Part shown: positions 37,739 through 47,748 of the stretch, piece by piece
How positions within the stretch are numbered: the stretch's first letter is position 1
Layout of the letters: the number at the start of each line of letters is the position of its first letter
IMG/VR virus record: IMGVR_UViG_2595698524_000001
Location: 32,001 to 96,000 of that record
Length of the DNA stretch: 64,000 nt
Strand: one strand, 5' to 3'
DNA from: a virus
Lineage: Duplodnaviria; Caudoviricetes
The notes under the pieces: model-generated
What the model saw: the letters and a program-made list of their open reading frames with translations, nothing else
Database searches by the model: none
What the model was told of the DNA's origin: nothing
Translations under genes and position numbers: made by a program

Positions 37739-37834
37739 ACGTGATGAGTATGTCTTATGCAAGAGAGGTGCAGTGTAAAAAAACATAGACATATGTTATT
37801 TTCGTGACATCCTGCAATAAAAGAGGTCTACGTT

Positions 37835-38842
37835 GTGAACTTCCAGCAACAACGGCCCTCTGCAATAGCGACTATAATGCCAGCTTATCAACCGTTCAGT
37901 AGGACGGTGGTCTATGAGAATCGTACGGGCTTTCCAATTACAGCCAGTCAAGCTCATGGCGAGTACGTGGTTATTCACCCGTTGAATGAACAAGTGCCGA
38001 AGATGGAATTTAGCGTCTATGTACATTACCACGCAAGAACCGAAGCAAACCTTGCGGGTTTAAAGGGGGCCTTAACCGATACTGAATATAGTTTGGTTAG
38101 GGATGGAATCGTAGAGCGCGGTCATGCCACGTTGAAGTATTGCGTGACAGATTTCAGTGCGTTCGCGTTGGAAGAGGGAATCCATCTTCCTGCGGTGGGG
38201 GTTGCGTTAGTGAAGGGTGTGGTAACGAACCATGTCTATCCGACGGAGAAACCTGCAGTAAGCGAATCATTGGGAAGTTCTCACTTACAGATTGCCGTAA
38301 GTGTAGTAACAGACCAAGTCCTACGGACAGAACGAAAATACATTCGATTTCTCTCTAGCGTTATTGAGGTGCAACCTCAGGCGAGTTCAGTTTACGAACC
38401 TGGCGTATACATCATGATTAATCCTAATGGGCCAAAACCCATGATGGAGTTTTTCCCACTTGGCGACAGACGATGTCCGTTCCAAGTGTTCCCTAGTCGA
38501 GCACAAGCAGAGGCATTTGAATGGGAGGATAGTTCTCCTGAGTATTTGTCGATGCTGAAAGAACAAATTGCTCGAGATAGGATACTGTTAGATAAGGAGG
38601 CTACAGAGAAACGCAATGAGTTGGAGCTTGCACATAAAGCACAACTCGATGACCTTGCGCTAAGAAAAGAAGAGATGAGCATGGAACGTAAGGAGCGTGA
38701 GTACGAATTCAAGACGCGCCTAGAACAACAAAAGGCGTATTACGAAGAACGTTCATACGCACGAAAGGACTCTTCAGAGCTGCTGAAGTGGCTACCTGCA
38801 TTAATAACAGGTGCAGCAGCATTGTTTGGATTTTTAGCTTAG
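37835..38842 (+). CDS. Hypothetical protein with C-terminal coiled coil and hydrophobic tail
   Basis: GTG start after GAGG; EKRNELELAHK... heptads; terminal LPALITGAAALFGFLA. Confidence 0.7.
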   Translation: MNFQQQRPSAIATIMPAYQPFSRTVVYENRTGFPITASQAHGEYVVIHPLNEQVPKMEFSVYVHYHARTEANLAGLKGALTDTEYSLVRDGIVERGHATLKYCVTDFSAFALEEGIHLPAVGVALVKGVVTNHVYPTEKPAVSESLGSSHLQIAVSVVTDQVLRTERKYIRFLSSVIEVQPQASSVYEPGVYIMINPNGPKPMMEFFPLGDRRCPFQVFPSRAQAEAFEWEDSSPEYLSMLKEQIARDRILLDKEATEKRNELELAHKAQLDDLALRKEEMSMERKEREYEFKTRLEQQKAYYEERSYARKDSSELLKWLPALITGAAALFGFLA

Positions 38843-38853
38843 CGAGGCAATCA

Positions 38854-40629
38854 ATGTTTAAGGACGCAATAGATTTGTTAGTGTCCTCGGGAGACGTTCC
38901 TAAGTTTAATAAAGCAATTGCGGAAGGTGTGGGCTTTACGCAAGCTAAGGACGGCATCCACAAACGAGTACATTCTATCCTTAAGCGTGAGCTCGTTCAC
39001 AGCAGTGATAACCCCAAACTTCCCGAGGGTTTGGAGTACGTAGGGCTACGACATATGTCGCCGCTGGAAACCTACGTCTTTAGCCTTAAGGATGACAGTA
39101 ATAAGAAGTCACGTCGACGCGGTGTTGCCATCTCCCCATCTGATAAATACATGGTGGCGTTGGAATTCAAAGTGCCGGGTGTCGGACAGTCGGTGTGGCG
39201 TCAGTTATTCTTACCGTTCATCCGTCGTGGTGGGTTTATGTACTCGTGGGGTACGTTGTATCACGTGGCACCGGTAATCCACACACCGGGCATTGTACGC
39301 GAGCACGGTGGTCTCTTCATTAACTTTGACTTTACCCGTAAGGTTACGTTGCAGTTCTGTGACCGCACGGTGAAGATTCTGGTCAATGGTCGTGAAGAGC
39401 AACTCTTCATCCCGGGTTCTTCCACGCTGTACGGTGGTAAAGGACAAGGCGGTGCAGAGAACGGTCCGAAAGCATTACCTTACTGGATATTCGGCAAGTA
39501 CGGGTTCACAGAAGGTATTAAGCGCATGACCGGCGCAAACGTCTTTATCTATCCTGCACATCGTGTCCATGAGCTGGACTTGACGAAGTATGTGGTCATC
39601 CAATCGGGTGAACGTGCGCACTCTCGTGAAATCCAATATGTTCTGGTCACCGACGCGGCAACAATGCCTTCGTCGACACGCGGGGGTTGGACCGAAGATG
39701 AACACGTCTTACTGGTGATGTGTGCGGCATTCTTCCGCGCAGCGCACTTCTATGCTGGTAAACGTATCGGAAGACGCGGGGGAGGACGTGAATTAGCACC
39801 GCTGTTCACCCGCCTCGAGTTAGAATCCGAAGCGGAAGATTTAGCGAACTTAGACTCCGCCGATACATGGAAGGAGATTCTGGGTCGTAGCTGGCTGGGG
39901 AATAAACCAACGGACATTGATGTGCTTCGCAGTATGGAAACACACTTCTCTGAATGTGAACGTTATCTGACGTCACAATTCCGCGGGGAACTGATGATTA
40001 CCGACCCGGAAATTAAACCGGACATTGACTTCTTCGAATTCCTGTTCTACATCGTGAAGTTAATGACGCGTACTCGTCTGACTCGTCAACGTGATATTTC
40101 GTCCATGTATGGTAAGCGACTGACTGTGACGGATTATTTGTTGTTGGGTAATAACGGCTTTACAGCTACTATTTCTAAACTACGTTGGCGTCTCGAAGGA
40201 CTTGATAAGTTTAGTAACAACGGTGAGCGTGCAAACCTCGGTAAAGTCATCACCGACCAACTGAATCGGAACATTATTGCTAACCTCGTTCAGCGTTCTG
40301 AATCGAGCAATGGTGGTATCAGTACATTCAACGCATCCACCGAGTCTCTGGTGCTGGCTATCTCTACGCATGCTATCTCACAAACGGAAACGGATGTGAA
40401 GAAAGGCGGCAGTGGTAAGACGGTTAACCTCAGCGACAAAACGAAACAAGTAAGTGCGTCCATGGCGGAAAACGGTAACGTGTACTACGTGCCGAAGTCT
40501 GCACCGTTTAAATACAACATGCTGAACACTTACATGAAAACCACACCAACGCTGGTGATGGTGCCTAACCCGAAATTGCGTCCGATAATTTCGGTGATTG
40601 AAAACGATTTGGCCAAAATCGGTAATTAA
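38854..40629 (+). CDS. Non-virion RNA polymerase beta N-terminal subunit (phiKZ gp123/SPN3US gp77-like)
   Basis: LFLPFIRRGGFMYSWGTLYHVAPV (beta N motif), SMYGKRL; synteny two genes after capsid. Confidence 0.78.
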   Translation: MFKDAIDLLVSSGDVPKFNKAIAEGVGFTQAKDGIHKRVHSILKRELVHSSDNPKLPEGLEYVGLRHMSPLETYVFSLKDDSNKKSRRRGVAISPSDKYMVALEFKVPGVGQSVWRQLFLPFIRRGGFMYSWGTLYHVAPVIHTPGIVREHGGLFINFDFTRKVTLQFCDRTVKILVNGREEQLFIPGSSTLYGGKGQGGAENGPKALPYWIFGKYGFTEGIKRMTGANVFIYPAHRVHELDLTKYVVIQSGERAHSREIQYVLVTDAATMPSSTRGGWTEDEHVLLVMCAAFFRAAHFYAGKRIGRRGGGRELAPLFTRLELESEAEDLANLDSADTWKEILGRSWLGNKPTDIDVLRSMETHFSECERYLTSQFRGELMITDPEIKPDIDFFEFLFYIVKLMTRTRLTRQRDISSMYGKRLTVTDYLLLGNNGFTATISKLRWRLEGLDKFSNNGERANLGKVITDQLNRNIIANLVQRSESSNGGISTFNASTESLVLAISTHAISQTETDVKKGGSGKTVNLSDKTKQVSASMAENGNVYYVPKSAPFKYNMLNTYMKTTPTLVMVPNPKLRPIISVIENDLAKIGN

Positions 40630-40664
40630 TTTAATACACTAAAACATAATGGAGTAATCAAGAC

Positions 40665-42209
40665 ATGTCTATTACAGCTCAACACCTGAAAGATCTGCTC
40701 ACTGCTGCTACTTCCGGTAACCCACGTCTGAAGACCATCATCGATGGCGCAACAGCGAAAGGTGTTAGCATGGATAACGCGGCGAAGGCAGCTATGATTG
40801 TTGCTAACCTGATGTTCTCTCAGAACACTCCGCCGAACATCGTATCTGCTGCTACAGTACGTACGTTCGAAGCGGTTCTGTACGTTGACCTGTCTCAGGC
40901 GACGGGTATTCAACTCGATAATGCAACGCATAACGAGCTGTTGAACAACCGTCAGCAGGCGCTGGACTTTGTGCAGAAACAAAACGGCAACAGCGGCAAC
41001 CCATTCACCAGCGGTGGCGGTAGCAGCAATAACCCGTTCTTGGGTAGCAGCAACAATAACGCAAGCAACAACAATCCGTTCCTGAGTAATAACAGCAGCA
41101 ACAATACTCAGGGCACCACCAACGATAATCCGTTCCTCGGCACCACCAGTAACAACGGTAACGAAGGCGAAAACATCTTTACCTCCGCGCCGTCGGCACC
41201 TGAAAAGCCAGCGGCACCTGCACAACCTGCACCACAGACTACTGTGGAGCCGGCCAAACATAAAACAATCAAGGCGGGAACCTCAATGGAAAAGTATCAA
41301 GACCATGAGCTGAACGTGGACTATACGACTGCGGCACAACCTCCTCGTAAGACTAACGAAACCCTGAAACAGTTCAAACTGAACGGTGACTGGGCTGAAC
41401 GTGTGTGTAATGCGCTGGACGAAGGCAAAGTCATTATCAACTTTGACGACGCAGAAGTCCTCGGCAAACTGATGGTTGATCGTCGTACCTTCAGCGGCTT
41501 CAACGAGCAGACTCAGGATAAGTTCAACGACTGGATTGAAAAGCATCGTCAGGCTATCAACGATCTCGATGGTCTGCAGGAGCAAGATGACATTCAGATT
41601 ATCATGAAGAAAGTCATCAGCACCATGCACACTCTGCGCGACAACGCGATGGAGTATTTCCGTTACGTTGAAGAAGCTGGCGTACCGAACACGGTGAAGA
41701 TGGATGTCTCTGCGCTGGTTGCGTGTTACCTGAATCGTCTGGAAGAGCTGGTACTCAACGGCTTCCGTATCGGTTCTGGCCAGTGCCATACTCCGGACGG
41801 TCGTCGCTTCGGTATTAAGAATACCTTTGCTGACCTCGCCGACTTTGCTGATAGTGTGTTCAATCACTTCTGCGACAATAACGGCGTGTGCATGGAGCAA
41901 GACTACTTCCGCGAGCTGTATCTGAGCGTTGCTGCGCAGCTTAAGAAACTGCGCCTGAAAGTTCAGGAAGCAGGTGAAGTGGATGTTGAGATGGTAACCT
42001 TCGAAGTCGTCACCGCAGGTAACTACACGAACTACGATAAAGATAACGTGGTAACTGTAAACTCCTTCGGCCCGCTGGCAGAAGTGTTGTCTTCTATCTA
42101 CGAAGTGATCGCTGAAAAGGTACCGTACGCGTCTGTAACCGTACAGTTACCAACCGGTAATATCGAACTGCTTCAATCCCTTGACCTGGGTGCGCCGATT
42201 CGTTATTAA
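40665..42209 (+). CDS. Hypothetical protein with internal NPF/N-rich low-complexity region
   Basis: GGAG SD; four NPF repeats in an N/S/G-rich linker. Confidence 0.8.
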   Translation: MSITAQHLKDLLTAATSGNPRLKTIIDGATAKGVSMDNAAKAAMIVANLMFSQNTPPNIVSAATVRTFEAVLYVDLSQATGIQLDNATHNELLNNRQQALDFVQKQNGNSGNPFTSGGGSSNNPFLGSSNNNASNNNPFLSNNSSNNTQGTTNDNPFLGTTSNNGNEGENIFTSAPSAPEKPAAPAQPAPQTTVEPAKHKTIKAGTSMEKYQDHELNVDYTTAAQPPRKTNETLKQFKLNGDWAERVCNALDEGKVIINFDDAEVLGKLMVDRRTFSGFNEQTQDKFNDWIEKHRQAINDLDGLQEQDDIQIIMKKVISTMHTLRDNAMEYFRYVEEAGVPNTVKMDVSALVACYLNRLEELVLNGFRIGSGQCHTPDGRRFGIKNTFADLADFADSVFNHFCDNNGVCMEQDYFRELYLSVAAQLKKLRLKVQEAGEVDVEMVTFEVVTAGNYTNYDKDNVVTVNSFGPLAEVLSSIYEVIAEKVPYASVTVQLPTGNIELLQSLDLGAPIRY

Positions 42210-42231
42210 TCGGTAAAAAAAATATAAAGAG

Positions 42232-42264
42232 ATACACCCCCGGTTGGGGGTGTATTCTTTTTTT
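42232..42264. terminator. Bidirectional terminator
   Basis: ATACACCCC-CGGTT-GGGGTGTAT flanked by A-run and T-run. Confidence 0.8.
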
Positions 42265-42272
42265 GTTTCGAC

Positions 42273-45011
42273 TTAGAACTTCAAGTCGGGGTCGGTGCCG
42301 TCGTCTGTCCCGTCACCTTCAGTACCATCATCCTCGGTACCATCCCCTTCCGTGCCGTCATCCTCAGTACCATCGTCTTCAGTTCCATCCCCGGCGTCGG
42401 TACCGTCATCCGTTGTATCGTCGTCAAGCGACATATCGTCCGCGTTATCGTTCATGCCGTCGTCTTCGGTAGTATCGCCCGTTCCGCCAGTATCATCGTC
42501 AAATCCAGTATCGCCGCCACCTGCATTATCACCGAAGCCCATGTCACCACCTTCCTGTCCTACACCGGCTTGTTTAGCAACCGTTTCAACTTTACCGGTC
42601 GCACGCTTAGCCATCTGCAGGAAGAACTGTGCCACTTTCTGAGTTTCGTCTGTGATAGTCTTAATAACATCAGCACGTTTCTCTTCATCGAACAGGTCGA
42701 AGAAGTCAGATTCGATACCGTTGTTCTTAAGCCAGCTGCGCAGGTAGTAGTTCTTAACCATCGCCTTCAGGTCATCCGGCTGCATTTCAATGTTGTTCTC
42801 AGACAACAGTGAAGTCAGCTCTTCAGACATTACAGTATCCGCAATCTTCTCGAGGAATTCAACGCGCTTGTCGAACTGCTCCATCTGAGAGGACGCTGCA
42901 GAGGTATCCGGCGGCGGTAAGGTTACCAACAGATTCTCGGTGAAACGTCGAACGACCTGACTGATTTGTGGCATCAGGTTTTCGATGTTCAAATCCGGTT
43001 TCTGGGTTTTGTAGAACTCAACAACTTCTTGCAGCAACTCAGCCTGCAGTTTCGGTGACGCTGTGGTCATCGTTTTGCAGTACAGAGTAATCGGCTTAGA
43101 GAGCTGTTCTTGTTTCTTGGTAACCTGCTGGGTAGTAATCAACGACTTAGAATAAATCTGGCTGGCGAACTCAAGGTTCTCCGGGGTCAGTACCAGATCC
43201 GGGTCAACCCCGGCGATAGCACACGTACGACGCAGAAGCTTATCATCCAGTTCGGAATCCGGCTCTTTATAGTCAGGCGTGTTATCTGACACAGACACTT
43301 TGTGCGAAGCGTAATGGTCGTTACCTTCAACGTTAAACGCAATACCTGCGTTCGTGGCGTTGGCGAAGGTGTCGTTCATGTCGCCCCACATTGGCATACG
43401 ACGTGCGTAAGAGTTAATGATGTCCGATTTGATACGGTCAACAGACTCCTGCGGGTTCATGTCATCCGGAGACAACTGAATATCGTACTGTAAGTGACGT
43501 GCAGAGTTCAGAATCGCGGTGTTCATGCCTGCGAACAGTAATGACATGCGAATGGTCGAGATAACGAACGAGCGCTCGGTAATCGACACACCGATACCGT
43601 CTTCATTGAAGTCGGTTGCAAAGTACGGCATGTTCTCAGCAGGAACGTACAGCACTTGGGTGTGTTCTTTCGCCAGATGGCGACCGAGCATTACACGACC
43701 AAAGTCCTCGCTGATATCTACGGAAACATCACCGCCACCCAATGCCGTGGAAATCATCCGCGACATTTGGTCTTCGGCCAGCTCACCGTAACGGGCAATC
43801 AGTTTGTTAGCGATGTCAGGCGATACGCTGCCTTGGTTGCCAAGGTTAAGACTCGTGCGGTTAACAATGGAGTCCACCTGACCATCGTTGGTCAAGTAGT
43901 TCATGAATGTAGCATCGCCGTAGATAGACGATTTCGCACTCACGAAGTTACCGATGTCATCCAGAATCAATAACCAACCAATCGGATTTCTTACGTCGCC
44001 AGACAATACTACGGGTAACGCACACTCTGGAGGAACGCGTCGACGAATAGGTTCAAGTCGGTTCTTTTCCCCAAACTCAATCAGCGGTGCTTCTTTATAA
44101 GTGTGCAGTTCGAACTGACGATCGTATTTCGGGTTTAAATCCGCACCAGACATCAGTTTCTTTTCGTCAGCCTGGCCTTGCAGAAGATTCCCACCGCTCG
44201 GCTCAGATAACGTACCCTGCACGCCATTATATGACGGCACGCCCATCTGCTTGCGCAATGCGCCACGCGCGCTCTCCGTTGCTAAACGGCGACGGAAGGC
44301 TGCAAGCTGAGTAATCTGCGGGTTGTCAGTCACCGTTATTTTTTGGGTTGCCAGTTCTTCTTTGAACAGGCCATCCAGTTTTAAAACGAATTCCTGAGGT
44401 TTCTCCGAAGCGCTTGCTGCGTTCAGGATAGACTCCAGCCCAGCGAGTTTTTTCTCTGGGTTGATGTTGCGAAGGATGCCGAGTTGTCCTTCGAACGTGG
44501 ATTTAAGTTTGGTACGAAATGATTCCTGCGCCACCTGCTCGTTGAGGTTAAACATCTCATCGAAGCCGGAGTCGGACGTAATCAGAATCGGCGTTGCACC
44601 TTTCGAACGCTGGGCGTCATAAAGCCACTCGTAAAGGTTACGCGGCAGGTTGTCTACGTCATTGAAGAAATCCCGGACGCGGCGAACCATGTTTGTACGC
44701 AAATCCAGTGGAATCTCATCGTCGAGACATTCGTAAACCAATGACGTTGTTACGAGGTCTTTTGTTGACAGAAGAGATGAGGTAGAGATTGTAACAATCG
44801 TCTCTAACTCAGGCAGTGCGTCGAATATTTTTTCGGCATTACGAATGGCGCGAATACGCGAGCCTGCCATACCTACCAACTCACCACGGGTGGGAGTTAC
44901 ACCGCCCTGGTCACGTTGGCCGCGTCGCTGTTGCGGCGCTGGGCTCGTGGTCTTTCTCAGTATAGCGCTCATCGATTCGTCTTGCGCTGTTAATTTCTTT
45001 AAATCGTCCAT
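42273..45011 (-). CDS. Portal protein (phiKZ gp129/SPN3US gp81-like)
   Basis: About 912 aa from ATG 45011; AQES/ATES sites; acidic C-terminal tail; synteny. Confidence 0.72.
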   Translation of the reverse strand: MDDLKKLTAQDESMSAILRKTTSPAPQQRRGQRDQGGVTPTRGELVGMAGSRIRAIRNAEKIFDALPELETIVTISTSSLLSTKDLVTTSLVYECLDDEIPLDLRTNMVRRVRDFFNDVDNLPRNLYEWLYDAQRSKGATPILITSDSGFDEMFNLNEQVAQESFRTKLKSTFEGQLGILRNINPEKKLAGLESILNAASASEKPQEFVLKLDGLFKEELATQKITVTDNPQITQLAAFRRRLATESARGALRKQMGVPSYNGVQGTLSEPSGGNLLQGQADEKKLMSGADLNPKYDRQFELHTYKEAPLIEFGEKNRLEPIRRRVPPECALPVVLSGDVRNPIGWLLILDDIGNFVSAKSSIYGDATFMNYLTNDGQVDSIVNRTSLNLGNQGSVSPDIANKLIARYGELAEDQMSRMISTALGGGDVSVDISEDFGRVMLGRHLAKEHTQVLYVPAENMPYFATDFNEDGIGVSITERSFVISTIRMSLLFAGMNTAILNSARHLQYDIQLSPDDMNPQESVDRIKSDIINSYARRMPMWGDMNDTFANATNAGIAFNVEGNDHYASHKVSVSDNTPDYKEPDSELDDKLLRRTCAIAGVDPDLVLTPENLEFASQIYSKSLITTQQVTKKQEQLSKPITLYCKTMTTASPKLQAELLQEVVEFYKTQKPDLNIENLMPQISQVVRRFTENLLVTLPPPDTSAASSQMEQFDKRVEFLEKIADTVMSEELTSLLSENNIEMQPDDLKAMVKNYYLRSWLKNNGIESDFFDLFDEEKRADVIKTITDETQKVAQFFLQMAKRATGKVETVAKQAGVGQEGGDMGFGDNAGGGDTGFDDDTGGTGDTTEDDGMNDNADDMSLDDDTTDDGTDAGDGTEDDGTEDDGTEGDGTEDDGTEGDGTDDGTDPDLKF
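42290..42420 (-). repeat. Acidic pentapeptide repeat (D/G)DGT(E/D) in portal C-terminus
   Basis: DDGTDAGDGTEDDGTEDDGTEGDGTEDDGTEGDGTDDGTD; degenerate 15-bp units. Confidence 0.85.
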
Positions 45012-45026
45012 CCGGAGTTGTCTCCA

Positions 45027-47198
45027 ATGCAAAGATACAATATATTCGTTGGGCAATGTATTGACTTGGCAGACTCAATGATTATTAAATCAGAGGCAAT
45101 TGCCGATGCCATGAACAGGCCCCTTCTGGAATCCGGAAAACAGATTCCTACGGACAAGTCACAATGGCGTTATTATCAACATCTCGCCGGTCAGCGGTTG
45201 AGCACCGACAGTCCGGTGATGATAACGTCACTGGATGATCAGAAGTCAATTGAGCTTACGGTTGAGAACCTTGCTCGCCATAAGAAGACTTCTAATGTGT
45301 ATCGGGCCAATCCCACGTATATTACCGCGTTGGTGTCCGATTACCCTGACATGGTTGTCTACATCAAAGGCTGCTTCACACCGATTCCACTGTCTGAATC
45401 CTTAGCCGCCCCCGACTGTACCGTTATGCGCTACAGTAGGCTGTTGGTTGAAGAGCAAGAGCAGTCTATCATCAGTGACCTCCAGACGTGGATACTCGCG
45501 TCACACCGACGTTGGATGTCGGAAGGGTGGAAGGTACACAACGATGCTTTTGAAGCGGCATTCTATGCACAACTGTATCCACAAATTCCCGGTAAGATTA
45601 TGGAACTGCGGATGGCACGATGCCACACGCCGGAAGTCCATAGCTACCACGTCGAGGAATTCTTAGCCTCTCACCAGAAGCTTAACGAGTTCCTTCCTTA
45701 CCTGACACCGGCTCAAAAGTTCACGTTGTATCGCAACATCCGTTATTGGGAACGTAACACCGGTAAAGATGATATCTTTACATGGTTAGTCGACGTCTTC
45801 CTGACAGGCTGGAACATGCCAACGGTGGCCTACGACGTGGGCCAGCAGATTCATGATGCGTCGGATGACAATCACCTGCGCCCGGAACCGGTCGGGTACA
45901 AAGTCCCACTTAACTTTGATGAGATTCAGGGCGGTCGTGACCTGCAGTTGGTGTCGACTACTGAAATCATTAATAAAGAGTACGGACTGGCTGACGAGAA
46001 CTACCTCTATCAAGAGGAGATGCTCAACGAGCTCAATGAGAACCTCTCGCTGACTCAGTACCCTGACCAGCCGACGAAGCTCATTGAAATCACAGCGATT
46101 GACCCCGAAGCTGTGGAGCGTGACCAGCTCGATATGACGCTCTTTAATGAGCTGTTACATCTGGCTTGTCTGGGGCGTTACAATATCCAACACGAAATCA
46201 TTAACCCGACAAACGGTGATACGATGCGCATGTCAACCAAAGAGTTGATTGCGCTATACTTGTACGCTGGCTTCCAAGGTTATTCGGGCATCACGCTCGA
46301 ACACATCCCGACATTGAACTGTCAGGGTGTGCTGATTAAACGTTGGGTTACCGTTGATGAGTTAATGGCGTTTCTGCCAGAATCTTATCCGGGTCGTTGG
46401 ACGCCTACTGTTAACTATTATGTTGACACGCACACAGAGATTTACAGCAACTTATTGAGTGCTGATGAGTTTTATGAGTCGGTCGCGAAAATCCTCGAGA
46501 TGAAACGCAACCGGTGGAAGTACACACATAACCGTCGTCGTGGCACGGATACTATCGCAGGTCAGCTGCTGTATCAGTATTACTACCGCAGTTACGAGTG
46601 TGACTTGAAACTCAACTTCGAGAATTACGCTGAGTTCTTTGCGAAGTTTGCAATGGACTACGAAATCATTTCCTCCGAATCCTGGGCCGACATTGCGGTT
46701 GATGCGTTCAATATCTTGACTGCGTACGAGACAAACACCTCGGTTACGCAGAGCGAGATTCAGCGTGCAATGGTGCGACTGCTTTCAATGCTGTCGTCGT
46801 ATACGATTCACTTTGCGACACGTATGGCGTCAGACTCCTTTATCGTTACCGAACCGGTGGTGATTAAGCCCGATGAAACCTTAACGTCTGCATCGTTAGG
46901 TGAAGTGATTATACAGGAAGCTATCGAGCCCATCGATAGCAAAATAAAAGCACGTGGGAATATTGAAATCGATTCACCGATGCCCGATGTGGTAGAAGTG
47001 AATATCCCACAGAACTTTAATTTCTTCTTTAACATGCGTCCTCGTATCGAGGTGCAGGTCGAAACCAAACTGGACGTATCGATTGACCAACCGCTGGCAA
47101 TGCCTGACGTGACATCAATTGATCGTATTCCGTGGGATGGTCGCCGACTCGTTGAACGCGTTGTTATAAGGGATAACGGGCCGTATACCGCCCCGTAG
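45027..47198 (+). CDS. Virion structural protein, probably baseplate (phiKZ gp128/SPN3US gp82 position)
   Basis: 723 aa; divergent from portal. Confidence 0.6.
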   Translation: MQRYNIFVGQCIDLADSMIIKSEAIADAMNRPLLESGKQIPTDKSQWRYYQHLAGQRLSTDSPVMITSLDDQKSIELTVENLARHKKTSNVYRANPTYITALVSDYPDMVVYIKGCFTPIPLSESLAAPDCTVMRYSRLLVEEQEQSIISDLQTWILASHRRWMSEGWKVHNDAFEAAFYAQLYPQIPGKIMELRMARCHTPEVHSYHVEEFLASHQKLNEFLPYLTPAQKFTLYRNIRYWERNTGKDDIFTWLVDVFLTGWNMPTVAYDVGQQIHDASDDNHLRPEPVGYKVPLNFDEIQGGRDLQLVSTTEIINKEYGLADENYLYQEEMLNELNENLSLTQYPDQPTKLIEITAIDPEAVERDQLDMTLFNELLHLACLGRYNIQHEIINPTNGDTMRMSTKELIALYLYAGFQGYSGITLEHIPTLNCQGVLIKRWVTVDELMAFLPESYPGRWTPTVNYYVDTHTEIYSNLLSADEFYESVAKILEMKRNRWKYTHNRRRGTDTIAGQLLYQYYYRSYECDLKLNFENYAEFFAKFAMDYEIISSESWADIAVDAFNILTAYETNTSVTQSEIQRAMVRLLSMLSSYTIHFATRMASDSFIVTEPVVIKPDETLTSASLGEVIIQEAIEPIDSKIKARGNIEIDSPMPDVVEVNIPQNFNFFFNMRPRIEVQVETKLDVSIDQPLAMPDVTSIDRIPWDGRRLVERVVIRDNGPYTAP

Positions 47199-47221
47199 CG
47201 GTCCTAATTACTGGAGGAATC

Positions 47222-47737
47222 ATGAGTTACCGCCTAGACATGACCTTGCGACCCGAGGTCATCTTGCGTTCGTTAGTTAACTACCGTAACCACACGAACT
47301 ATAAAGAGAACCAATTAACATGGCACCCGAGTGGGGCGCGTGAACTCGAAAAACGCTTGCGTGATACGTTGGTACCGCGTTGCGATACTTACGCGTTGGC
47401 GAGCTTCTCACACGGTTATATCGGTTCGCGAAACTTTACCTACCTGCGTGTAGACCTCGACGAAATGTTCGACGGTCAGGTAGCGTACGCGCCTGCGAAT
47501 GAACACACAGAAACTGACGAGCTGCTGCCTTATATCCTCGCCGACCTCGGTGTTAGTCTGACCCGTAAAGACATTATCCCTCTGTTGATTCCTGAAGATG
47601 CAGAGGAAGTAGATGTTTTGATTGCGCCTCGTCATCTGACGTATAAAGGCAAGATTACGGTCTCGCTGACAGGTGGGAAGAAGCGTTTGGTGGAGCGCGT
47701 GTTGATTACTGACGTGGGTCCTTACCCAACTGCTTAA
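47222..47737 (+). CDS. Virion structural protein, tail/baseplate paralog family
   Basis: GGAGG SD; FTYLRVDL...LTYKGKITV; C-terminal motif shared with the upstream gene. Confidence 0.6.
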   Translation: MSYRLDMTLRPEVILRSLVNYRNHTNYKENQLTWHPSGARELEKRLRDTLVPRCDTYALASFSHGYIGSRNFTYLRVDLDEMFDGQVAYAPANEHTETDELLPYILADLGVSLTRKDIIPLLIPEDAEEVDVLIAPRHLTYKGKITVSLTGGKKRLVERVLITDVGPYPTA

Positions 47738-47748
47738 TGGAGCAATAA

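Noticed and set aside
42295-42642. Plus-strand S/P/V repeat ORF
   Set aside because: Antisense readout of the portal DDGTE repeat.
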